NCBI GenBank assembly: GCA_964016885.1
Contig: OZ024756.1
Location: 9,548,001 to 9,612,000, forward strand
Length of the DNA stretch: 64,000 bases
From: Eledone cirrhosa
Lineage: Eukaryota
Direction of reading: 5' to 3'
How positions within the stretch are numbered: position 1 is the first letter of the stretch; each line of letters begins with the position of its first letter. The notes beneath the pieces were generated by a model. That model ran no database searches, was not told the origin of the DNA, and saw only the letters and a program-made list of their open reading frames with translations. Both the position numbers and the translations under genes were made by a program. Shown here piece by piece: positions 1-13,300 of this stretch.

Positions 1-298
1 GTGTATGTGTCAGTGTATATATGTATGTATCAGTGTGTCTGTGTGTGTCAATGTGTATGTATCAGTGTATATATGTATGTATCAGTGTGTGTGTATGTGT
101 GTGTCAGTGTGTATGTATCAGTGTATATATGTATGTATCAGTGTGTGTGTGTGTCAGTGTGTATGTATCAGCGTATATATGTATGTATCAGTGTGTGTGT
201 GTGTCAGTGTGTATGTATCAGTGTATATATGTATGTATCAGTGTGTGTGTGTGTGTGTGTGTGTCAGTGTGTATGTATCAGTGTATATATGTATGTAT

Positions 299-331
<33 letters not shown>

Positions 332-2163
332 AGTGTGTATGTATCAGTGTATATATGTATGTATCAGTGTGTGTCTGTGTGTGTGTCAGTGTGTATGTAT
401 CAGTGTATATATGTATGTATCTGTGTGTGTGTGTGTGTCAGTGTATATGTATCAGTGTATATATGTATGTATCAGTGTGTGTGTGTCAGTGTGTATGTAT
501 CAGTGTATATATGTATGTATCAGTGTGTGTGTGTGTCAGTGTGTATGTATCAGTGTATATATGTATGTATCAGTGTGTATGTGTGTGTCAGTGTGTATGT
601 ATCAGTGTATATATGTATGTATCAGTGTGTGTCAGTGTGTATGTATCAGTGTGTGTGTGTCAGTGTATATATGTATGTATCAGTGTGTGTGTGTGTCAGT
701 GTGTATGTATCAGTGTGTGTGTGTGTGTGTGTCAGTGTATATATGTATGTATCAGTGTGTGTGTGTGTGTGTGTCAGTGTGTATGTATCAGTGTGTGTGT
801 ATGTGTGTGTGTTTCAGTGTGTATGTATCAGTGTATATCTGTATGTATCAGTGTGTGTGTGTGTCAGTGTCCATGTGTCAGTGTATATCTGTATGTATCA
901 GTGTGTCTGTGTGTGTCTGTGTGTATGTGTCAGTGGATATATGTATGTATCAGTGTGTGTGTATGTGTGTGTGTGTCAGTGTGTATGTATCAGTGTATAT
1001 CTGTATGTATCAGTGTGTGTGTCAGTGTGTATGTGTCAGTGTATATATGTATGTATCAGTGTGTCTGTGTGTGTCAGTGTGTATGTGTCAGTGTACATAT
1101 GTATGTATCAGTGTGTGTGTGTGTCAGTGTGTATGTGTCAGTGTATATATGTATGTATCAGTGTGTGTGTGTGTCAGTGTGTATGTGTCAGTGTATATAT
1201 GTATGTATCAGTGTGTGTGTGTGTCAGTGTGTATGTGTCAGTGTATATATGTATGTATCAGTGTGTGTGTGTGTGTCAGTGTGTATGTATCAGTGTATAT
1301 ATGTATGTATCAGTGTGTGTGTGTGTGTGTCAGTGTGTATGTATCAGTGTGTGTGTATGTGTGTGTGTGTCAGTGTGTATGTGTCAGTGTATATATGTAT
1401 GTATCAGTGTGTGTGTGTGTGTCAGTGTGTATGTATCAGTGTATATATGTATGTATCAGTGTGTGTGTGTCAGTGTGTATGTATCAGTGTATATATGTAT
1501 GTATCAGTGTGTGTGTGTGTGTCAGTGTGTATGTATCAGTGTATATATGTATGTATCAGTGTGTGTGTGTGTGTGTCAGTGTGTATGTGTCAGTGTATAT
1601 ATGTATGTATCAGTGTGTGTGTGTGTGTCAGTGTGTATGTGTCAGTGTATATATGTATGTATCACTGTGTGTGTGTCTGTGTCAGTGTGTATGTATCAGT
1701 GTATATATGTATGTATCAGTGTGTGTGTGTGTGTGTGTCAGTGTGTATGTATCAGTGTATATATGTATGTATCAGTGTGTGTGTGTGTGTGTCAGTGTGT
1801 ATGTATCAGTGTATATATGAATGTATCAGTGTGTGTGTGTCAGTGTGTATGTATCAGTGTATATATGTATGTATCAGTGTGTGTATGTATGTATCAGTGT
1901 ATATATGTATGTATCAGTGTGTGTGTGTGTGTGTCAGTGTGTATGTATCAGTGTATATATATATGTATCAGTGTGTGTGTGTCTGTCAGTGTGTATGTGT
2001 CAGTGTATATATGTATGTATCAGTGTGTATGTGTGTGTCAGTGTGTATGTATCAGTGTATATATGTATGTATCAGTGTGTGTGTCAGTGTGTATCTATCA
2101 GTGTATATATGTATGTATTAGTGTGTGTCAGTGTGTATGTATCAGTGTATATATGTAAGTATC

Positions 2164-2205
<42 letters not shown>

Positions 2206-3588
2206 ATTGTGTATGTAGCAGTGTATATATGTATGTATCAGTGTGTGTGTGTGTGTGTGTGTGTGTCAGTGTGTATGTATCTGTGTAAATATGTATGTAT
2301 CAGTGTGTGTGTGTGTGTGTGTGTGTGTGTCAGTGTGTATGTATCTGTGTATATATGTATGTATCAGTGTGTGTATATGTCAGTGTGTATGTATCAGTGT
2401 GTGTGTGTGTGTCAGTGTGTATGTATCAGTGTATATATGTATGTATCAGTGTGTGTGTGTGTGTGTCAGTGTGTATGTATCAGTGTATATATGAATGTAT
2501 CAGTGTGTGTGTGTCAGTGTGTATGTATCAGTGTATATATGTATGTATCAGTGTGTGTATGTATGTATCAGTGTATATATGTATGTATCAGTGTGTGTGT
2601 GTGTGTCAGTGTGTATGTATCAGTGTATATATATATGTATCAGTGTGTGTGTGTCTGTCAGTGTGTATGTGTCAGTGTATATATGTTTGTATCAGTGTGT
2701 ATGTGTGTGTCAGTGTGTATGTATCAGTGTATATATGTATGTATCAGTGTGTATGTCAGTGTGTATGTATCAGTGTATATATGTATGTATCAGTGTGTGT
2801 GTGTCAGTGTATATATGTATGTATCAGTGTGTGTGTGTGTCAGTGTGTATGTATCAGTGTATATATGTATGTATCAGTGTGTGTGTGTGTGTCAGTGTAT
2901 ATATGTATGTATCGGTGTGTGTGTGTGTGTGTCAGTGTGTATGTATCAGTGTATATATGTATGTATCAGTGTGTGTGTGTGTGTGTCAGTGTATATATGT
3001 ATGTATCAGTGTGTGTGTGTGTGTGTCAGTGTGTATGTATCAGTGTGTGTGTATGTGTGTGTGTGTCAGTGTGTATGTGTCAGTGTATATATGTATGTAT
3101 GTATCAGTGTGTGTGTGTGTGTCAGTGTGTATGTATCAGTGTATATATGTATGTATCAGTGTGTGTGTGTCAGTGTGTATGTATCAGTGTATATATGTAT
3201 GTATGAGTGTGTGTGTGTGTGTCAGTGTGTATGTATCAGTGTATATATGTATGTATCAGTGTGTGTGTGTGTGTGTCAGTGTGTATGTGTCAGTGTAGAT
3301 ATGTATGTATCAATGTGTGTGTGTGTGTCAGTGTGTATGTGTCACTGTGTATGTGTCAGTGTATATATGTATGTATCAGTGTGTGTGTGTCTGTGTCAGT
3401 GTGTATGTATCAGTGTATATATGTATGTATCAGTGTGTGTGTGTGTGTCTCAGTGTGTATGTATCAGTGTATATATGTATGTATCAGTGTGTGTGTATGT
3501 GTCAGTGTGTATGTGTCAGTGTATATATGTATGTATCAGTGTGTGTGTGTGTGTCAGTGTGTATGTATCAGTGTATATATGTAAGTAT

Positions 3589-3651
<63 letters not shown>

Positions 3652-5324
3652 ATTGTGTATGTAGCAGTGTATATATGTATGTATCAGTGTGTGTGTGTGT
3701 GTGTGTGTCAGTGTGTATGTATCTGTGTAAATATGTATGTATCAGTGTGTGTGTGTGTGTGTGTGTCAGTGTGTATGTATCTGTGTATATATGTATGTAT
3801 CAGTGTGTGTATATGTCAGTGTGTATGTATCAGTGTGTGTGTATGTGTCAGTGTGTATGTATCAGTATATATATGTATGTATCAGTGTGTGTGTATGTGT
3901 CAGTATGTATGTATCAGTGTATATATGTATGTATCAGTGTGTGAGTGTGTCAGTGTGTATGTATCAGTGTATATATGTATGTATCAGTGTGTGTGTGTGT
4001 CAGTGTGTATGTATCAGTGTATATATGTATGTATCAGTGTGTGTGTGTGTGTCAGTGTGTATGTATCAGTGTATATATGTATGTATCAGTGTGTGTGTGT
4101 GTGTGTCAGTGTGTATGTATCAGTGTATATATGAATGTATCAGTGTGTGTGTGTCAGTGTGTATGTATCAGTGTATATATGTATGTATCAGTGTGTGTAT
4201 GTATGTATCAGTGTATATATGTATGTATCAGTGTGTGTGTGTGTGTCAGTGTGTATGTATCAGTGTATATATATATGTATCAGTGTGTGTGTGTCTGTCA
4301 GTGTGTATGTGTCAGTGTATATATGTATGTATCAGTGTGTATGTGTGTGTCAGTGTGTATGTATCAGTGTATATATGTATGTATCAGTGTGTGTGTCAGT
4401 GTGTATGTATCAGTGTATATATGTATGTATCAGTGTGTGTCAGTGTGTATGTATCAGTGTGTGTGTGTGTGTGTCAGTGTATATATGTATGTATCAGTGT
4501 GTGTGTGTGTGTGTCAGTGTGTATGTATCAGTGTATATATGTATGTATCAGTGTGTGTGTGTGTGTGTCAGTGTGTATGTGTCAGTGTATATATGTATGT
4601 ATGTATCAGTGTGTGTGTGTGTGTCAGTGTGTATGTATCAGTGTATATATGTATGTATCAGTGTGTGTGTGTCAGTGTGTATGTATCAGTGTATATATGT
4701 ATGTATCAGTGTGTATGTGTGTGTCAGTGTGTATGTATCAGTGTATATATGTATGTATCAGTGTGTGTGTGTGTGTGTCAGTGTGTATGTGTCAGTGTAT
4801 ATATGTATGTATCAGTGTGTGTGTGTGTGTCAGTGTGTATGTGTCAGTGTATATATGTATGTATCAGTGTGCCTGTGTCTGTGTCAGTGTGTATGTATCA
4901 GTGTATATATGTATGTATCAGTGTGTGTGTGTGTGTGTCAGTGTATATATGTATGTATCAGTGTGTGTGTGTGTGTGTGTCAGTGTGTATGTATCAGTGT
5001 ATATATGTATGTATCAGTGTGTGTGTCAGTGTGTATGTGTCAGTGTATATATGTATGTATCAGTGTGTCTGTGTGTGTCAGTGTGTATGTATCAGTGTAT
5101 ATATGTATGTATCAGTGTGTGTGTATGTGTGTGTCAGTGTGTATGTATCAGTGTATATATGTATGTATCAGTGTGTGTGTGTGTCAGTGTGTATGTATCA
5201 GCGTATATATGTATGTATCAGTGTGTGTGTGTGTCAGTGTGTATGTATCAGTGTATATATGTATGTATCAGTGTGTGTGTGTGTGTGTGTCAGTGTGTAT
5301 GTATCAGTGTATATATGTATGTAT

Positions 5325-5365
<41 letters not shown>

Positions 5366-7196
5366 AGTGTGTATGTATCAGTGTATATATGTATGTATCA
5401 GTGTGTGTCTGTGTGTGTGTCAGTGTGTATGTATCAGTGTATATATGTATGTATCAGTGTGTGTGTGTGTGTCAGTGTATATGTATCAGTGTATATATGT
5501 ATGTATCAGTGTGTGTGTGTCAGTGTGTATGTATCAGTGTATATATGTATGTATCAGTGTGTGTGTGTGTCAGTGTGTATGTATCAGTGTATATATGTAT
5601 GTATCAGTGTGTATGTGTGTGTCAGTGTGTATGTATCAGTGTATATATGTATGTATCAGTGTGTGTCAGTGTGTATGTATCAGTGTGTGTGTGTCAGTGT
5701 ATATATGTATGTATCAGTGTGTGTGTGTGTCAGTGTGTATGTATCAGTGTGTGTGTGTGTGTGTGTCAGTGTATATATGTATGTATCAGTGTGTGTGTGT
5801 GTGTGTGTCAGTGTGTATGTATCAGTGTGTGTGTATGTGTGTGTGTTTCAGTGTGTATGTATCAGTGTATATCTGTATGTATCAGTGTGTGTGTGTGTCA
5901 GTGTCCATGTGTCAGTGTATATCTGTATGTATCAGTGTGTCTGTGTGTGTCAGTGTGTATGTGTCAGTGCATATATGTATGTATCAGTGTGTGTGTATGT
6001 GTGTGTGTGTCAGTGTGTATGTATCAGTGTATATCTGTATGTATCAGTGTGTGTGTCAGTGTGTATGTGTCAGTGTATATATGTATGTATCAGTGTGTCT
6101 GTGTGTGTCAGTGTGTATGTGTCAGTGTACATATGTATGTATCAGTGTGTGTGTGTGTCAGTGTGTATGTGTCAGTGTATATATGTATGTATCAGTGTGT
6201 GTGTGTGTCAGTGTGTATGTGTCAGTGTATATATGTATGTATCAGTGTGTGTGTGTGTCAGTGTGTATGTGTCAGTGTATATATGTATGTATCAGTGTGT
6301 GTGTGTGTGTCAGTGTGTATGTATCAGTGTATATATGTATGTATCAGTGTGTGTGTGTGTGTGTCAGTGTGTATGTATCAGTGTGTGTGTATGTGTGTGT
6401 GTGTCAGTGTGTATGTGTCAGTGTATATATGTATGTATCAGTGTGTGTGTGTGTGTCAGTGTGTATGTATCAGTGTATATATGTATGTATCAGTGTGTGT
6501 GTGTCAGTGTGTATGTATCAGTGTATATATGTATGTATCAGTGTGTGTGTGTGTGTCAGTGTGTATGTATCAGTGTATATATGTATGTATCAGTGTGTGT
6601 GTGTGTGTGTCAGTGTGTATGTGTCAGTGTATATATGTATGTATCAGTGTGTGTGTGTGTGTCAGTGTGTATGTGTCAGTGTATATATGTATGTATCACT
6701 GTGTGTGTGTCTGTGTCAGTGTGTATGTATCAGTGTATATATGTATGTATCAGTGTGTGTGTGTGTGTGTGTCAGTGTGTATGTATCAGTGTATATATGT
6801 ATGTATCAGTGTGTGTGTGTGTGTGTCAGTGTGTATGTATCAGTGTATATATGAATGTATCAGTGTGTGTGTGTCAGTGTGTATGTATCAGTGTATATAT
6901 GTATGTATCAGTGTGTGTATGTATGTATCAGTGTATATATGTATGTATCAGTGTGTGTGTGTGTGTGTCAGTGTGTATGTATCAGTGTATATATATATGT
7001 ATCAGTGTGTGTGTGTCTGTCAGTGTGTATGTGTCAGTGTATATATGTATGTATCAGTGTGTATGTGTGTGTCAGTGTGTATGTATCAGTGTATATATGT
7101 ATGTATCAGTGTGTGTGTCAGTGTGTATCTATCAGTGTATATATGTATGTATTAGTGTGTGTCAGTGTGTATGTATCAGTGTATATATATAAGTAT

Positions 7197-7235
<39 letters not shown>

Positions 7236-7268
7236 ATTGTGTATGTAGCAGTGTATATATGTATGTAT

Positions 7269-7305
<37 letters not shown>

Positions 7306-10300
7306 AGTGTGTATGTATCTGTGTAAATATGTATGTATCAGTGTGTGTGTGTGTGTGTGTGTGTCAGTGTGTATGTATCTGTGTATATATGTATGTATCA
7401 GTGTGTGTATATGTCAGTGTGTATGTATCAGTGTGTGTGTGTGTGTCAGTGTGTATGTATCAGTGTATATATGTATGTATCAGTGTGTGTGTGTGTGTGT
7501 CAGTGTGTATGTATCAGTGTATATATGAATGTATCAGTGTGTGTGTGTCAGTGTGTATGTATCAGTGTATATATGTATGTATCAGTGTGTGTATGTATGT
7601 ATCAGTGTATATATGTATGTATCAGTGTGTGTGTGTGTGTCAGTGTGTATGTATCAGTGTATATATATATGTATCAGTGTGTGTGTGTCTGTCAGTGTGT
7701 ATGTGTCAGTGTATATATGTTTGTATCAGTGTGTATGTGTGTGTCAGTGTGTATGTATCAGTGTATATATGTATGTATCAGTGTGTATGTCAGTGTGTAT
7801 GTATCAGTGTATATATGTATGTATCAGTGTGTGTGTGTCAGTGTATATATGTATGTATCAGTGTGTGTGTGTGTCAGTGTGTATGTATCAGTGTATATAT
7901 GTATGTATCAGTGTGTGTGTGTGTGTCAGTGTATATATGTATGTATCGGTGTGTGTGTGTGTGTGTCAGTGTGTATGTATCAGTGTATATATGTATGTAT
8001 CAGTGTGTGTGTGTGTGTGTCAGTGTATATATGTATGTATCAGTGTGTGTGTGTGTGTCAGTGTGTATGTATCAGTGTATATATGTATGTATCAGTGTGT
8101 GTGTGTGTGTGTCAGTGTGTATGTGTCAGTGTATATATGTATGTATCAGTGTGTCTGTGTGTGTCAGTGTGTATGTATCAGTGTATATATGTATGTATCA
8201 GTGTGTGTGTATGTGTGTGTCAGTGTGTATGTATTAGTGTATATATGTATGTATCAGTGTGTGTGTATGTGTCAGTGTGTATGTATCAGTGTATATATAT
8301 ATGTATCAGTGTGTGTGTGTGTCAGTGTGTATGTATCAGCGTATATATGTATGTATCAGTGTGTGTGTGTGTCAGTGTGTATGTATCAGTGTATATATGT
8401 ATGTATCAGTGTGTGTGTGTGTGTGTGTGTCAGTGTGTAGGTATCAGTGTATATATGTATGTATCAGTGTGTGTGTGTGTGTGTGTGTGTCAGTGTGTAT
8501 GTATCAGTGTATATATGTATGTATCAGTGTGTATGTGTGTGTCAGTGTGTATGTATCAGTGTATATATGTATGTATCAGTGTGTATGTGTGTGTCAGTGT
8601 GTATGTATCAGTGTATATATGTATGTATCAGTGTGTGTCAGTGTGTATGTATCAGTGTGTGTGTGTCAGTGTATATATGTATGTATCAGTGTGTGTGTCA
8701 GTGTGTATGTATCAGTGTGTGTGTATGTGTGTGTGTGTCAGTGTGTATGTATCAGTGTATATCTGTATGTATCAGTGTGTGTGTGTGTGTCAGTGTGTAT
8801 GTGTCAGTGTATATATGTATGTATCAGTGTGTCTGTGTGTGTCAGTGTGTATGTGTCAGTGTACATATGTATGTATCAGTGTGTGTGTGTGTCAGTGTGT
8901 ATGTGTCAGTGTATATATGTATGTATCAGTGTGTGTGTGTGTCAGTGTGTATGTGTCAGTGTATATATGTATGTATCAGTGTGTGTGTGTGTCAGTGTGT
9001 ATGTGTCAGTGTATATATGTATGTATCAGTGTGTGTGTGTGTGTCAGTGTGTATGTAACAGTGTATATATGTATGTATCAGTGTGTGTGTGTGTCAGTGT
9101 ATGTATCAGTGTATATATGTATGTATCAGTGTGTGTGTGTGTGTGTCAGTGTGTATGTATCAGTGTGTGTGTATGTGTGTGTGTGTCAGTGTGTATGTGT
9201 CAGTGTATATATGTATGTATGTATCAGTGTGTGTGTGTGTGTCAGTGTGTATGTATCAGTGTATATATGTATGTATCAGTGTGTGTGTGTCAGTGTGTAT
9301 GTATCAGTGTATATATGTATGTATCAGTGTGTGTGTGTGTGTCAGTGTGTATGTATCAGTGTATATATGTATGTATCAGTGTGTGTGTGTGTGTGTCAGT
9401 GTGTATGTATCAGTGTATATATGTATGTATCAGTGTGTGTGTATGTGTCAGTGTGTATGTATCAGTGTATATATGTATGTATCAGTGTGTGTGTATGTGT
9501 CAGTGTGTATGTATCAGTATATATATGTATGTATCAGTGTGTGTGTGTGTGTGTCAGTGTGTATGTGTCAGTGTATATATGTATGTATCAGTGTGTGTGT
9601 GTGTGTGTCAGTGTGTATGTATCAGTGTATATATGTATGTATCAGTGTGTGTGTGTGTGTGTCAGTGTGTATGTGCCAGTGTATATATGTATGTATCAGT
9701 GTGTGTGTGTCAGTGTGTATGCGTCAGTGTATATATGTATGTATCAGTGTGTGTGTGTCTGTGTCAGTGTGTATGTATCAGTGTATATATGTATGTATCA
9801 GTGTGTGTGTGTGTGTGTCAGTGTGTATGTATCAGTGTATATATGTATGTATCAGTATGTGTGTATGTGTCAGTGTGTATGTATCAGTGTATATATGTAT
9901 GTATCAGTGTGTGTAGATGTGTCAGTGTGTATGTGTCAGTGTATATATGTATGTATCAGTGTGTGTGTAGGTGTCATTGTGTATGTATCAGTGTATATAT
10001 GTATGTATCAGTGTGTGTGTGTGTGTGTGTGTGTTTTTTGTGTGTGTGTCAGTGTGTATGTATCAGTGTATATATGTATGTATCAGTGTGTGTGTGTGTG
10101 TGTGTGTGTGTGTCAGTCTGTATGTATCTGTGTAAATATGTATGTATCAGTGTGTGTGTGTGTGTGTGTGTGTGTGTCAGTGTGTATGTATCTGTATATA
10201 TATGTATGTATCAGTGTGTGTATATATCAGTGTGTATGTATCAGTGTGAGTGTATGTGTCAGTGTGTATGTATCAGTATATATATGTATGTATCAGTGTG

Positions 10301-13300
10301 TGTGTATGTGTCAGTATGTATGTATCAGTGTATATATGTATGTATCAGTGTGCGTGTGTGTCAGTGTGTATGTATCAGTGTATATATGTATGTATCAGTG
10401 TGTGTGTGTGTGTCAGTGTGTATGTATCAGTGTATATATGTATGTATCAGTGTGTGTGTGTCAGTGTGTATGTATCAGTGTATATATGTATGTATCAGTG
10501 TGTGTATGTATGTATCAGTGTATATATGTATGTATCAGTGTGTGTGTGTGTGTCAGTGTGTATGTATCAGTGTATATATATATGTATCAGTGTGTGTGTG
10601 TCTGTCAGTGTGTATGTGTCAGTGTATATATGTATGTATCAGTGTGTATGTGTGTGTCAGTGTGTATGTATCAGTGTATATATGTATGTATCAGTGTGTG
10701 TGTCAGTGTGTATGTATCAGTGTATATATGTATGTATCAGTGTGTGTCAGTGTGTATGTATCAGTGTGTGTGTGTCAGTGTATATATGTATGTATCAGTG
10801 TGTGTGTGTGTCAGTGTGTATGTATCAGTGTATATATGTATGTATCAGTGTGTGTGTGTGTGTCAGTGTATATATGTATGTATCGGTGTGTGTGTGTGTG
10901 TGTCAGTGTGTATGTATCAGTGTATATATGTATGTATCAGTGTGTGTGTGTGTGTGTCAGTGTATATATGTATGTATCAGTGTGTGTGTGTGTGTCAGTG
11001 TGTATGTATCAGTGTATATATGTATGTATCAGTGTGTGTGTGTGTGTGTCAGTGTGTATGTGTCAGTGTATATATGTATGTATCAGTGTGTCTGTGTGTG
11101 TCAGTGTGTATGTATCAGTGTATATATGTATGTATCAGTGTGTGTGTATGTGTGTGTCAGTGTGTATGTATCAGTGTATATATGTATGTATCAGTGTGTG
11201 TGTATGTGTCAGTGTGTATGTATCAGTGTATATATGTATGTATCAGTGTGTGTGTATGTGTCAGTGTGTATGTATCAGTGTATATATGTATGTATCAGTG
11301 TGTGTGTGTGTCAGTGTGTATGTATCAGCGTATATATGTATGTATCAGTGTGTGTGTGTGTCAGTGTGTATGTATCAGTGTATATATGTATGTATCAGTG
11401 TGTGTGTGTGTGTGTGTGTGTCAGTGTGTATGTATCAGTGTATATATGTATGTATCAGTGTGTGTGTGTGTGTGTGTGTGTGTCAGTGTGTATGTATCAG
11501 TGTATATATGTATGTATCAGTGTGTGTGTGTGTCAGTGTGTATGTGTCAGTGTATATATGTATGTATCAGTGTGTATGTGTGTGTCAGTGTGTATGTATC
11601 AGTGTATATATGTATGTATCAGTGTGTATGTGTGTGTCAGTGTGTATGTATCAGTGTATATATGTATGTATCAGTGTGTGTCAGTGTCTATGTATCAGTG
11701 TGTGTGTGTCAGTGTATATATGTATGTATCAGTGTGTGTGTCAGTGTGTATGTATCAGTGTATATATGTATGTATCAGTGTGTGTGTGTGTGTGTGTGTC
11801 AGTGTATATATGTATGTATCAGTGTGTGTGTGTGTGTGTGTCAGTGTGTATGTATCAGTGTATATATGTATGTATCAGTGTGTGTGTGTGTGTCAGTGTG
11901 TATGTATCAGTGTATATATGTATGTATCAGTGTGTGTGTGTGTGTGTCAGTGTGTATGTATCAGTGTATATATGTATGTATCAGTGTGTGTGTATGTGTC
12001 AGTGTGTATGTATCAGTGTATATATGTATGTATCAGTGTGTGTGTATGTGTCAGTGTGTATGTATCAGTATATATATGTATGTATCAGTGTGTGTGTGTG
12101 TGTCAGTGTGTATGTGTCAGTGTATATATGTATGTATCAGTGTGTGTGTGTGTGTGTCAGTGTGTATGTATCAGTGTATATATGTATGTATCAGTGTGTG
12201 TGTGTGTGTGTGTGTCAGTGTGTATGTGCCAGTGTATATATGTATGTATCAGTGTGTGTGTGTCAGTGTGTATGTGTCAGTGTATATATGTATGTATCAG
12301 TGTGTGTGTGTCCGTGTCAGTGTGTATGTATCAGTGTATATATGTATGTATCAGTGTGTGTGTGTGTGTGTCAGTGTATATATGTATGTATCAGTGTGTG
12401 TGTGTGTGTGTCAGTGTGTATGTATCAGTGTGTCTGTGTGTGTCAGTGTGTATGTGTCAGTGTATATATGTATGTATCAGTGTGTGTGTGTGTGTCAGTG
12501 TGTATGTGTCAGTGTATATATGTATGTATCAGTGTGTGTGTGTGTGTCAGTGTGTATGTATCAGTGTATATATGTATGTATCAGTGTATATATGTATGTA
12601 TCAATGTGTGTGTGTGTCAGTGTGTATGTGTCAGTGTATATATGTATGTATCAGTGTGTGTGTGTGTGTGTCAGTGTGTATGTATCAGTGTATATATGTA
12701 TGTATCAGTGTGTGTGTGTGTGTGTGTGTGTCAGTGTGTATGTATCACTGTATATATGTATGTATCAGTGTGTGTGTGTGTGTCAGTGTGTATGTATCAG
12801 TGTATATATGTATGTATCAGTGTTTGTGTGTGTGTGTCAGTGTGTATGTATCACTGTATATATGTATGTATCAGTGTGTGTGTGTGTCAGTGTGTATGTG
12901 TCAGTGTATATATGTATGTATCAGTGTGTGTGTGTGTGTCAGTGTGTATGTATCAGTGTATATATGTATGTATCAGTGTATATATGTATGTATCAGTGTG
13001 TGTGTGTGTCAGTGTGTATGTGTCAGTGTATATATGTATGTATCAGTGTGTGTGTGTGTGTGTCAGTGTGTATGTATCAGTGTATATATGTATGTATCAG
13101 TGTGTGTGTGTCAGTGTGTATGTATCAGTGTATATATGTATGTATCAGTGTGTGTGTGTGTGTGTCAGTGTGTATATATCAGTGTATATATGTAAGTATC
13201 AGTGTGTGTGTGTGTCAGTGTGTATGTATCTGTGTATATATGTATGTATCAGTGTGTGTATGTGTCAGTGTGTATGTATCAGTGTGTGTATGTGTGTCAG

